A stretch of DNA of 64,000 nt from a virus. Position numbers and translations under genes: made by a program. Where the stretch lies: IMG/VR virus record IMGVR_UViG_3300037484_000374, positions 32,001 through 96,000 of that record, one strand, 5' to 3'. Position 1 is the first letter of the stretch, and the number at the start of each line of letters is the position of its first letter. This document shows positions 1 to 8,812 of the stretch, piece by piece. Under the pieces are notes generated by a model. The model made no database searches, was not told the DNA's origin, and saw only the letters and a program-made list of their open reading frames with translations.

Positions 1-64
1 TGTCTATGTGTAGGTTATATACTTTTTTTGGTTTTTTTATTATTTTTCTTTTTATAAGTTTCAT
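1..64 (-). CDS. uvsW: Split intein C-half (IntC) start, presumably fused to the UvsW C-extein; runs off the window edge
   Basis: Hand-translated from ATG at 64: MKLIKRKIIKKPKKVYNLHID; basic N-terminus plus block F-like VYNLHI; lies 60 nt downstream of the IntN stop. Confidence 0.8.
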   Translation of the reverse strand, partial: MKLIKRKIIKKPKKVYNLHID

Positions 65-99
65 ATGTCTTCTTTAGGTTATTAAATATATGATCGCTA

Positions 100-128
100 A
101 ATATATCATTATTTTTGTAAAATGTCAA
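100..128 (-). promoter_or_regulatory. Sigma70-type promoter for the IntC gene
   Basis: TTGACA-N17-TATATT with extended TG; the -35 box contains the TGA stop (125-127) of the upstream half-gene. Confidence 0.65.
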
Positions 129-1099
129 GGGTTATTGCTAATTATATCATCATTTTCATCTAATTCATCTGCCCTTACCCATCCTCTATTTTTTGTAAGT
201 ATCTTGTGGTTACCGGTAACACACAATACAGTACCATCATCAAATATTAACTCATACATTTCTTCTTCTGTTGATATAGTCAGGTTAATATATAAATTTT
301 TAACAATATCATTTTCATATTTTTTATTTTTTTCATTATAGGATATTACAATATCACCGATCATAATATCTTTTATTTTTACTAAACCTTTACTGGTTAA
401 AATCTCTGTATTGCCATCTAAACATTCATCAACAATGACAGATTGAAATCTAAGCATTTCTTTCTTTCTGCGTTGTAGTGATTGCCATGTTGAAATAACA
501 ATTGGTTTATCAAGCTGTTTTGTTTTTGCGTTCAGCTTCCCTATCAACTTTTCATCCATTCCATACTCTATAAGATCAGATTTGAATTGTTCTATAAGGG
601 AAAGATTAGGGACAATAATTATAACATTGTTGGTTATCTTATTCTCAAGAAGGGTTTTGGTAATATATGCAATCATTACCGACTTTCCACTAGCTGTCGC
701 TGATCGAATAATTCCCTTAGAAGTCCTCAGAGCCGTTCTAATGCAATCTTCCTGATAGTTGTAGGGGTAGTATAGTAAGTCCCATTTTGGATCAATGGCG
801 ATACCTGTGAACGTTTTCTTGACATCAACCTCAACCTCGTATATGAGATCGGGCCAATCTTTGATTGTGTATTTGATTACGTCTAATAACAGACCGTAAG
901 GGAATGTTCTCTTAGGTTTGCTGAATTTACTTACTTTCCCATTCCATGCACCATTTTTGAATTTTGGCATGAAATAATAGTTATCCACAAATTCTGAAAG
1001 AAATTCCATCACTCCTTTCAGGTAGTCGTAGTTACCAGTATCAATCCTTATGTTTAATGGGTCATGATATTTGAATATTATTGTTGGGTTAGCCGACAT
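125..1099 (-). CDS. uvsW: UvsW-like SF2 helicase N-terminal half fused to split intein N-half
   Basis: YPYNYQ Q-motif, SATASGKS Walker A, STWQS, VIVDE followed directly by intein block A CLDGNTEILT; next to uvsY. Confidence 0.9.
   Translation of the reverse strand: MSANPTIIFKYHDPLNIRIDTGNYDYLKGVMEFLSEFVDNYYFMPKFKNGAWNGKVSKFSKPKRTFPYGLLLDVIKYTIKDWPDLIYEVEVDVKKTFTGIAIDPKWDLLYYPYNYQEDCIRTALRTSKGIIRSATASGKSVMIAYITKTLLENKITNNVIIIVPNLSLIEQFKSDLIEYGMDEKLIGKLNAKTKQLDKPIVISTWQSLQRRKKEMLRFQSVIVDECLDGNTEILTSKGLVKIKDIMIGDIVISYNEKNKKYENDIVKNLYINLTISTEEEMYELIFDDGTVLCVTGNHKILTKNRGWVRADELDENDDIISNNP
128..424 (-). mobile_element. Split intein N-half (99 aa), inserted in the DExH motif
   Basis: CLDGNTEILT (block A), CVTGNHKILT (block B TxxH), acidic tail RADELDENDD, then stop; no endonuclease domain. 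Confidence 0.88.
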
Positions 1100-1105
1100 T
1101 TAATC

Positions 1106-1555
1106 CTATGTAGCATCCTTATTGTTTACCAGCCATTGCTTCATAAGCCAACCCTGGGTTTTAAAAGCCTCGAACACAGCCTCAAAAAAATCAACCCTTA
1201 TAGATTGTTTAATGAGTAATCTTTTTAACTCGATCACTTTAGGGTCTTTTGGTAAGTAGTATTTTTCAATTTCTACTTTCCCCAGAGAGATGGTATTATG
1301 GTGTTTAAGGTTATCATAAAGTGTTCCGATATATTCATCGGTTATATTTTGTAATCTCATGAGGTTTGATTTCTCTTTGATCAACAATAACCTGAACTGT
1401 TCAGTTAGAAATGGGTTCTTTTCTATCCGTTCCTTGATATTAAATTCATTATAATCCAGTAATCCAAATACATCATACTCTTTTTGTAGAGCGCAGAGAA
1501 TAACATCCTCGTTGATATCGCTGTCTACTTTTTGAAAAAATTTATCATTTTCCAT
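1106..1555 (-). CDS. uvsY: UvsY-like recombination mediator
   Basis: 149 aa helical protein, C-terminal RVDFFEAVFEAFKTQGWLMKQW resembles UvsY; directly upstream of uvsW. Confidence 0.65.
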   Translation of the reverse strand: MENDKFFQKVDSDINEDVILCALQKEYDVFGLLDYNEFNIKERIEKNPFLTEQFRLLLIKEKSNLMRLQNITDEYIGTLYDNLKHHNTISLGKVEIEKYYLPKDPKVIELKRLLIKQSIRVDFFEAVFEAFKTQGWLMKQWLVNNKDAT

Positions 1556-1570
1556 ATTTTGTTTCCGTTG

Positions 1571-1578
1571 TATTTATA
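1571..1578 (-). promoter_or_regulatory. T4-type late promoter upstream of uvsY
   Basis: TATAAATA on the minus strand. Confidence 0.5.
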
Positions 1579-1590
1579 TAATAAAATACA

Positions 1591-2424
1591 TTATATATCT
1601 GTTATCAATAACTCTTTTGATTGGAATCCAGCGGCCTGTATGTGACCACCACCACCAAATTTTTCTGCTATTCTACCAACATCGATACCATCTTTGTCAG
1701 TGAACAAAGAATATTTCCAGAAGCCCGAGTTCATATATGTAAAATAGATTATAAAATCATATTTTTCTTTATCCCATTTACTATCTGCAAATTTTGAGTT
1801 TACAAGACCCCTGTTTACAGCAATACATGGGTGACCGGCAAAGCGTGTGTTAAATGCGTGGAAGTTACAATATTCCTTGGCTTGTATTTTTTCATATGCC
1901 ATAATTTTAAGACCACCATGAACAATAGATGCAACGTGTTCGTGGGTTTCATTGATAAACAATTCAACCCAATTAGGGTCTTCCGGTGGCCACTCACTTA
2001 TCTTCATACCATACTGGAATGGTAGAATATTTGGGTCTTCATGTGCCCACACATCATATCTTCCAAGTAGTTTAACAGCATATGGTATCTTTTCTGTTGA
2101 GCCTGTAATATACTCCCATGTCAACTCACATCCAGCGGTTCCTATTCTTCTCAACCCCTTGATATTATAATCTACCATTCTCTCAACACCAGTACGATGA
2201 TGATCTATCCAGTGAAGATTACACATATCATTGAGTTTTAACATATCATCAAGGGATTCAATGGTAAAATCCACCATATACACAGTTTCCCCTTGTCTGA
2301 TTTTACTAAAATCAAGAGGTATATCGTAATTTATACCGATACATTCACATAGTGGAAAAAAGTATTTTACAATAGCCGCACTACATTTTCCATCGAAATC
2401 CGATGAGTGATAATAAACTTTGAT
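1591..2424 (-). CDS. DHH/DHHA1 family phosphoesterase (reading frame extends 47 codons upstream of the ORF-track start)
   Basis: YYHSSDFDG motif I, MVDF, WIDHH, RYDVW, GGGGHIQAAGF; open frame from ATC at 2424. Confidence 0.88.
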   Translation of the reverse strand: MKVYYHSSDFDGKCSAAIVKYFFPLCECIGINYDIPLDFSKIRQGETVYMVDFTIESLDDMLKLNDMCNLHWIDHHRTGVERMVDYNIKGLRRIGTAGCELTWEYITGSTEKIPYAVKLLGRYDVWAHEDPNILPFQYGMKISEWPPEDPNWVELFINETHEHVASIVHGGLKIMAYEKIQAKEYCNFHAFNTRFAGHPCIAVNRGLVNSKFADSKWDKEKYDFIIYFTYMNSGFWKYSLFTDKDGIDVGRIAEKFGGGGHIQAAGFQSKELLITDI

Positions 2425-2435
2425 AATAACCCCCC

Positions 2436-2669
2436 CTATTCTGTTTTGTCTGATTCTTTCTTCATAAGAAGATATTCAAACTCTGAGAAGCAGAACATAT
2501 TCACAACACCGGCATCAACATTTTTAATAATCTGATACACAACGTATGTTATCTCTTCAATGACAACAATGGTGTTTGGTGGTGACACAAAGGATGCATT
2601 GATTTCTTCATAGAAAATCTGATTTGTTTTGGCATTAATATATCTTATAATTGTCATTTTATTCTCCAA
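2436..2669 (-). CDS. Hypothetical protein
   Basis: 77 aa ORF packed within the operon. Confidence 0.6.
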   Translation of the reverse strand: MENKMTIIRYINAKTNQIFYEEINASFVSPPNTIVVIEEITYVVYQIIKNVDAGVVNMFCFSEFEYLLMKKESDKTE

Positions 2670-3528
2670 AAAATAAACTCATAGTCTCATGAGTGTTGTT
2701 TAGGATATACTCTCTGTTCATCGGCACCAATAATATATTCACTTTACTCAAGAAAAATTTATCATATTGTTTATCAAAATCAACTTCTACCTGAAACTCC
2801 TTTGGCCAATGGTGATAAGATACGGTGTCTATGTCGTATGGATTTTTCTTTATATATACAACCTTTACTTTATCACCCTCGTTAATTACCTCGTATTTAT
2901 TTTCTACTCCATGGTGTTTTAGTAGGAACCTGTAATTCCACACACCCTTTACATGCCAAGGTGTTCTTTTTATTTTCTCACCTGTACCGAGATATTTTTC
3001 AAGGTTCTTGACACCAATATTTGAACTGATATCCTCTATCTTGGCGTTTTTCATTACTCTTTTATATGTTGCTATTATATCCCTTATTTCAGTATCGTTA
3101 GCCCCTCGAAGGATCATTCCCAGAATATTTTTAAGAGCGTTCCTGAACACTGTAGGTGTCTCTGAGCGTATAATTTCGAGGCCGGTGACTTCTATCTTAT
3201 CACAATTAAAACCCTCTTCATTTACAACATTATAACCATACTTCTTTTTCTTGACAAACAGAATAGATTTACATACGATTTCCTGTTTAAATCCGATCTT
3301 GAAATCTTCAACAGCTGAGTTGTATGATATCTTCTGTGTTTCGTTGTACGCTCGATCTTCAACATATGATTCTATGATCTTTGATATTCTCAAAACAAGA
3401 TCACACTTTTCCATATCAGTGTGTTTATTCCACTGTTCGGGGGTGACACCTCTATTATATAGGAAATCCCGAACCCCTATAAAAAGCGAGTCAGTATCGA
3501 TGTAATAGATATAGTCATTCTCTTTCAT
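2659..3528 (-). CDS. gp43: Family B DNA polymerase, C-terminal subunit (gp43B-like: motif C and thumb)
   Basis: YIDTDS motif C, KKKKY, VTGLEIIRSETP, TPWHVKG. Confidence 0.92.
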   Translation of the reverse strand: MKENDYIYYIDTDSLFIGVRDFLYNRGVTPEQWNKHTDMEKCDLVLRISKIIESYVEDRAYNETQKISYNSAVEDFKIGFKQEIVCKSILFVKKKKYGYNVVNEEGFNCDKIEVTGLEIIRSETPTVFRNALKNILGMILRGANDTEIRDIIATYKRVMKNAKIEDISSNIGVKNLEKYLGTGEKIKRTPWHVKGVWNYRFLLKHHGVENKYEVINEGDKVKVVYIKKNPYDIDTVSYHHWPKEFQVEVDFDKQYDKFFLSKVNILLVPMNREYILNNTHETMSLFFGE

Positions 3529-3911
3529 CTTACTGGAACCAACATGTCTATATTTCTATATATTAATTGACAAATATCGCTATGAACCAATGGATTTATC
3601 TCTTCCTCTGTCGTGTAAATGAAATATCTCTTTGATTCGAATTCGTATGAGAATCTTCTGTAATTAAACCCACATTTACCGTTTTTATATGATTTAATAT
3701 ACATTATCGGGGTTGTTTTGTATGGGGCATCATCCCATATACGACCGCTCATAGGGCCATCAATGAACAACCCAGTAGGTTGTTTTTTTTGTCTATTACT
3801 TGCGAAACCCATAATAATCCGAATAACAATGTAACCCATACAAATATACCATACTGGGTCGGTAACCATAATTTTTAGAAATTCAATCATGTTCTGTAAA
3901 AAATCTATCAT
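3525..3911 (-). CDS. Hypothetical membrane-anchored protein
   Basis: N-terminal hydrophobic helix; stop overlaps the gp43B start. Confidence 0.6.
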   Translation of the reverse strand: MIDFLQNMIEFLKIMVTDPVWYICMGYIVIRIIMGFASNRQKKQPTGLFIDGPMSGRIWDDAPYKTTPIMYIKSYKNGKCGFNYRRFSYEFESKRYFIYTTEEEINPLVHSDICQLIYRNIDMLVPVR

Positions 3912-4098
3912 AATATAACCCCCATATTAAACCCTTTATTTTCTTAGATATATAATTAAATAACGTTATCATTCCTGTCCATAATAATCCGAATACCAAA
4001 CTGACCACCACAATAAACACCATCTTAATCTAAAATTTAGGATCGGTTATCATCCACACAAATGTACCACATAATTCTTTTAATGTTTCCAGTATCAT
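3883..4098 (-). pseudogene. Small membrane protein gene with an internal TAG
   Basis: MILETLKELCGTFVWMITDPKF*IKMVFIVVVSLVFGLLW; TAG at 4030-4032; N-terminus resembles neighbour 3525..3911 (MVTDPVW). Confidence 0.45.
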
Positions 4099-4109
4099 AA
4101 CACTAACCT

Positions 4110-4496
4110 CTATTTAATTTTTTCATCAACTTCTTTAATTTCCTGTTCGATTCCTTCAAGACTTTTTGTATACCGATCAACACGTTGCTTGTATTTTTGC
4201 TTACCGGTATCGTCAAATTTGTCTTCGTTGTCTTCTAGTTGACGAGTTATCGCCTCTTTACGTAATTCTAATACCTGCCTTTGCTGTATCATGTCTCCAC
4301 GTTCACTATCCTTCTGAACAACAGTTATCTCAGAAGCAAGAGCGACATAGGTGACAACGTTCTCGGTGAACCACCATGTCCCAGCACCACCTATTACTAT
4401 TAATAATACCACAAAAACTGTCTTTTGTCCTAAATTATCTAACATAAATTTTAAAATTACTTTAACCATACTAATCTCCCTTTTTTTATAATTCAC
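4110..4496 (-). CDS. Membrane-anchored coiled-coil protein
   Basis: TM segment VFVVLLIVIGGAGTWW followed by a charged coiled coil; likely start at 4469. Confidence 0.65.
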   Translation of the reverse strand: MNYKKREISMVKVILKFMLDNLGQKTVFVVLLIVIGGAGTWWFTENVVTYVALASEITVVQKDSERGDMIQQRQVLELRKEAITRQLEDNEDKFDDTGKQKYKQRVDRYTKSLEGIEQEIKEVDEKIK

Positions 4497-4659
4497 AAAA
4501 CGGGCTGTGCTTACATGTCAACCGAGCGGGGCATTTTGTGCATCGATGAATTTTTATTCTCTTCGGTTTATTACGATCTTTAATCTTTTTTATTATAGCT
4601 ATAACTACTAAAACAACAAATGAAACATATTTTATAGCTATTTTAGATATACTTTTCAT
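4486..4659 (-). CDS. Small membrane protein with Cys-rich tail (57 aa, below ORF-track cutoff)
   Basis: MKSISKIAIKYVSFVVLVVIAII...CTKCPARLTCKHSPFCEL; start overlaps the endonuclease stop. Confidence 0.55.
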   Translation of the reverse strand: MKSISKIAIKYVSFVVLVVIAIIKKIKDRNKPKRIKIHRCTKCPARLTCKHSPFCEL

Positions 4660-5888
4660 AGTATAAATTCCTTAATTTTTTCAAGACATTTTTCTTTGTT
4701 AAAATTCCACAAATTTTCATCTATTATTAAGAGATTAATATTATTTTCTTTACACTGTTGTTTTTTTATCTTGTCTCTTATTTTTCTTTTTGGTAATGAG
4801 TGCCAATAAACACCGTTGAATTCTATTGCTTTATTTAATTCTGGAAGCCATATATCCAGTTCAAGATTGAACCCTGTTTCTGGATTGACAATCTGAGTCC
4901 TATCATTGGATATAATTATATCATCATAAATGTTTTTGATAAATTCAAAAATTTCAATTTCAGCTTTTGATGATGTTGATTCATCATAGCATTTTGGACA
5001 TCGAATACCCTGTTTAAAACTATCCCACACCACTTTATACACATGACCTTTTGGGCATTTTACTTTTAATTTTGTATTTGAGTTTTTGTATTCTTTACTC
5101 AGTAATTTATATCCATCTTTCTCTATCTGTTCTTTGACAAATTCATGTGTAAGTTTCTTGTTTCCAGAACATTCCGAGCATCTTTGTCCATGATTAAAAC
5201 AATCATATACTACTTCATATTCATGATCCTTTGGACATTTTACTTTTAATTTATTTTTATTATTTTTATATGTCTTACTTAAAAGTTTATACCCTTCTTT
5301 TTCAATTTGTTCTTTGACAAATTCATGTGTAAGTTTCTTGTTTCCAGAACATTCCGAGCATCTATAACCTTGTTGGAAATCATTCCATTTTACCTTATAT
5401 TTATGTCCATTTGGACATATGGTTTTCAATTTAGTAAATGCGTTTTTATATTCTTTACTTAATAATTTATACCCTTCTTTTTCAATATATTCTTTTACAT
5501 ATTCATGTGTGAGTTTCTTCTTACCGGAACATTCAGGACATCTATTTCCCTGTTGAAAATGACCCCAGTTAACTTTATATTTATGTCCTTTAGAACACTT
5601 TACTTTCAATTTTGTTTGGGCATTAAAATATTCCTTACTTAATAATTTATACCCTTCTTTCTCGATCTGTTCCTTTACATACTCATATGTGAGTTTCTTC
5701 TTACCAGAACATTCAAGACATCTATTTCCCTGTTGAAAATTATTCCATGTTACACTCCATTCATGTCCATTTGAGCACCGAATTTTTAGTTTTGTATTAT
5801 TATTTTTATATTCCTTACTTAATAATTTATACCCTTCTTTTTCAATTTGATCTTTCACAGCCTTATATGTTAATTTTTTCAATCCCAT
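4656..5888 (-). CDS. Free-standing homing-type endonuclease: 5 zinc-ribbon repeats plus Vsr-like PD-(D/E)XK domain
   Basis: Five ~60-aa repeats (KKLT..VKEQIEKEGYKLLS..C..GH..RCxxC); LELDIWLPELNKAIEFNGVYWH nuclease core. Confidence 0.85.
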   Translation of the reverse strand: MGLKKLTYKAVKDQIEKEGYKLLSKEYKNNNTKLKIRCSNGHEWSVTWNNFQQGNRCLECSGKKKLTYEYVKEQIEKEGYKLLSKEYFNAQTKLKVKCSKGHKYKVNWGHFQQGNRCPECSGKKKLTHEYVKEYIEKEGYKLLSKEYKNAFTKLKTICPNGHKYKVKWNDFQQGYRCSECSGNKKLTHEFVKEQIEKEGYKLLSKTYKNNKNKLKVKCPKDHEYEVVYDCFNHGQRCSECSGNKKLTHEFVKEQIEKDGYKLLSKEYKNSNTKLKVKCPKGHVYKVVWDSFKQGIRCPKCYDESTSSKAEIEIFEFIKNIYDDIIISNDRTQIVNPETGFNLELDIWLPELNKAIEFNGVYWHSLPKRKIRDKIKKQQCKENNINLLIIDENLWNFNKEKCLEKIKEFIL

Positions 5889-7747
5889 TACTTTTCTTTT
5901 ATCTCTTCTATAATACCAACCAATTCTGGTCTTATGTTAGGGTTATTTAATAGTCTGTTCACAAACATCTCACCTTCGAGAATGGTATTCCTTCCACATG
6001 AAGTGATGGCCTCTGAAATATTCACATTGAAATAACGAGAATATGGTACGGCTGTCACACCGAAACTCGCGTTTATTATCAATTTCAATGAATACTGTAA
6101 AGCATGTTTTTGAATTGACAACAACACAAGATTTGCTTTTTTTTCGGGGTCTTTTTCTTGTTTTGCTTCTTCTTTATATGTGAACTTATTACCCTTTTCA
6201 ACCTTTCTCTTCAAAAATATATTCTTAACAACAGCGGCATAAACACCTGTTGGTTTATTCATGAAAATAGAACCACATGGTGCTATGGCTAGAAGACCAT
6301 GCTCTAATGCCTTGTTGAATTTACTAAGTTTATCACCTTCATAATATTCAAATCCAGTATTTTTAAGAATATGAAATGGGGGAAATTGTTTTTTACGTAC
6401 ATATTGTATAACTATATTGTAGAATGGCCGACCATCCTCGCCTGTTGTATGAACACCTGTCTCTCTTTTAAATTCCTGTAGGTGCTCCTTTGTAAACCCA
6501 ACAACCCTTCCAAAGTATGTCTCAATGCTCATATTCAGAGTTATTATTGCAGTGGGGTAACTAGAGGTAATATCCAAATCAATAACCCATTCATGGAGTC
6601 CCTTGTTAGGTTCCTTTACAAATGCCGCCGGGAAGTATTCTTGAGACCCCCCATTAAATTCAGGGGCACATAGGTTATTTCTCCTGTAGTAGGTTATCAA
6701 CAAACCCTCAACAAGTTGTGTCTGACTACAATAGTTTTTCATTGGGTTTTTACATAAAAGACAAAGTGTTTCTATGAGAAAAATATAAGCCAGCTTCTTT
6801 TCAAGTTCTTGTACAATTCTACTATCGTTTATATTATACTCAACGTATAAGTCATGATTTTCATTATATAAATTACGCAATGTGTCGTAATCACTATAGT
6901 CAAGTTTCGCACCAACCTTCTCAAGCCTTGCAACATAATCGAGTTTGTGATTTTCAAGGTTGTGCTGTGTAAACCATTTATATATACTCATAAAATCAAG
7001 AATGGTAACACCTGCAATATCTATATTCCAATTATCGATATTATCCATTTTCCACATTTTAACCAGACCGATAGGTGATAATTTCTTATATAGTTTGGTA
7101 TTTGTTCCGAACAATTTCTGTGTTCTTCTGATAATATATGGAAGATCAAAGCCCCCCATGGGATTGTTTTTAATATCAGCGCAATAATTCCAGCCTGTCA
7201 TAACGTCACATGGATTTTCTCTCTTCCAAGTAAAATACCTTTCGAGTAAGTCCTTTTCGTCATTACATTTTACATATGTAACATCATCAACGTTTATCGC
7301 TCCACATGGTGTATATTTTTTGCATCCAAATACCTGCACACCTTTTGAATGTGCTATTGATATTAATGTGATTGGCCAAGCTGTTTCGTTGGTATTTGGG
7401 AATTCACCTGTAGAAAAAACTTCAATATCTTCATAGTGAATTTCAAGTTTCGGTGGTTGAATATCTGAATCTTCTATTTCGTAATATCTCTCGGCAAAGA
7501 ATTGAATTACAGGGAGAACCTTGTTTTCGTAACAAGAATTGGTATTCTGAAAATCATTATATGATCTATAAGAATCAAATTCCTTTCTTACAACAGGAGC
7601 ACCATCAATTGTTTTGATAACACTCTTATTGGTTTTCAAATAAACAAAGGGAGCCCACACTACATTGTCATAGAAATTCTCCCCGTTTATCTGTTCCCAG
7701 ACATGAACAATTGAATTTTGGTTGTCATAATATATATTTTTAATCAT
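5888..7747 (-). CDS. gp43: Family B DNA polymerase, N-terminal subunit (gp43A-like: exonuclease, motifs A and B)
   Basis: DIE ExoI, TGWN..FDLPY ExoII, YNIND ExoIII, DLDITSSYP motif A, KLIINASFG motif B; lacks motif C. Confidence 0.93.
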   Translation of the reverse strand: MIKNIYYDNQNSIVHVWEQINGENFYDNVVWAPFVYLKTNKSVIKTIDGAPVVRKEFDSYRSYNDFQNTNSCYENKVLPVIQFFAERYYEIEDSDIQPPKLEIHYEDIEVFSTGEFPNTNETAWPITLISIAHSKGVQVFGCKKYTPCGAINVDDVTYVKCNDEKDLLERYFTWKRENPCDVMTGWNYCADIKNNPMGGFDLPYIIRRTQKLFGTNTKLYKKLSPIGLVKMWKMDNIDNWNIDIAGVTILDFMSIYKWFTQHNLENHKLDYVARLEKVGAKLDYSDYDTLRNLYNENHDLYVEYNINDSRIVQELEKKLAYIFLIETLCLLCKNPMKNYCSQTQLVEGLLITYYRRNNLCAPEFNGGSQEYFPAAFVKEPNKGLHEWVIDLDITSSYPTAIITLNMSIETYFGRVVGFTKEHLQEFKRETGVHTTGEDGRPFYNIVIQYVRKKQFPPFHILKNTGFEYYEGDKLSKFNKALEHGLLAIAPCGSIFMNKPTGVYAAVVKNIFLKRKVEKGNKFTYKEEAKQEKDPEKKANLVLLSIQKHALQYSLKLIINASFGVTAVPYSRYFNVNISEAITSCGRNTILEGEMFVNRLLNNPNIRPELVGIIEEIKEK

Positions 7748-7759
7748 AAAATGTTCTCT

Positions 7760-8059
7760 TTATGAGACAGGCCCATCACCACAATCGAATTCATAATCCT
7801 TACTGACTGTAAACTCACCAAGTATATAATGGGCATCTGTCTCTTTTATATCATACTTCTCATGGATTTGTTTGATTTCATGAGTTCTACCACCAATCTC
7901 ATCACAAACGTTATGGGATAGCTCTCTGTCTCTCTCATAAGCACATACAAGGGCTTGTATCGGGTGCATCCAGCCACTATATGTTAAAAACTCACCGGAC
8001 TCATGATGGACATATATTCTACTTGATGGCATCGGTACAAACTTTCTTGAATTTCTCAT
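7760..8059 (-). CDS. Hypothetical protein
   Basis: 99 aa, overlapping operon packing. Confidence 0.6.
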   Translation of the reverse strand: MRNSRKFVPMPSSRIYVHHESGEFLTYSGWMHPIQALVCAYERDRELSHNVCDEIGGRTHEIKQIHEKYDIKETDAHYILGEFTVSKDYEFDCGDGPVS

Positions 8060-8382
8060 CTGAATTTACCTCTTAGATACATTTTTGTGTAAATCTTTTC
8101 AATCTCACGGCGCAGTTTATATTCTTCATAAGATTCATCAGCAAGTCTTACTGGTCCTTTAAGGGTTGTAATTGTCATATTCTTGAACCTTTTAAGGAGT
8201 TCCTGTCTATATTCAAGGGCTATATCTTCTGGTGTTTGTATGATGGGGGCCTCGTCTTCCCAAACCATATAACCGTTGGCAATTTCACCATCTACAAGTG
8301 TTTCTATTACTTCATCTTTCAACTCTTCATCCATGCTCGTTATCTCCTGTTTTTTAAATTTCTTCTGGTTGGTATAGATCAC
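8056..8382 (-). CDS. Hypothetical protein
   Basis: 108 aa, overlapping operon packing. Confidence 0.6.
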   Translation of the reverse strand: MIYTNQKKFKKQEITSMDEELKDEVIETLVDGEIANGYMVWEDEAPIIQTPEDIALEYRQELLKRFKNMTITTLKGPVRLADESYEEYKLRREIEKIYTKMYLRGKFR

Positions 8383-8542
8383 AAGGACAATTTTTGCCAG
8401 TACACCAAATACCCCTATCTATATTTTGGAAATGAACACAAATATCCATATCCTCGTGTAATGCTATCCAATCTAACCACCTGACCCCATCATAAAAAAC
8501 TTTATCATATCTTGGTGGGGTTGGTTTTATAAGTTTTATCAT
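8354..8542 (-). CDS. Small Cys-rich hypothetical protein
   Basis: C..F..CTGKNCPC. Confidence 0.5.
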   Translation of the reverse strand: MIKLIKPTPPRYDKVFYDGVRWLDWIALHEDMDICVHFQNIDRGIWCTGKNCPCDLYQPEEI

Positions 8543-8779
8543 AATTTCTCAATTTGTTATATATATGTATCTAAGTGCCGACCCTTTCCGTATGATATAC
8601 TCTTATTACTTTCAGTGACAGGTACAACTTTAATTCTCTTCTCATAAACAGGAATATCTTTTCGAGGTGTAAACTGTGGGTATGGTGTTATCATTTTTCC
8701 CAACCAACATCTTTCTTGCATTTATCACATTTCATAATGAACCCCCTTTTCACCTATAAAATTGTTTATCTTATGGTGT

Positions 8780-8807
8780 ATTATAACATATACAAATAAG
8801 ATGTCAA
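8780..8807 (-). promoter_or_regulatory. Sigma70-type promoter
   Basis: TTGACA-N16-TATAAT. Confidence 0.65.
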
Positions 8808-8812
8808 CATTT

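Noticed and set aside
4030-4032. In-frame TAG suggesting stop-codon reassignment
   Set aside because: Long core genes are uninterrupted in code 11 and TAG ends real genes (e.g. 24048, 43353, 61593); a TGG-to-TAG mutation is simpler
5000-5880. Periodic 180-bp repeats as a CRISPR array or DGR template/variable pair
   Set aside because: They are in-frame coding repeats with no unique spacers, no adenine-specific differences noticed, and no cas or reverse transcriptase gene in the window
3529-5887. Group I intron or intein joining the polymerase halves
   Set aside because: The interval is filled by coupled ORFs with no room for a ribozyme core, and neither half has intein blocks
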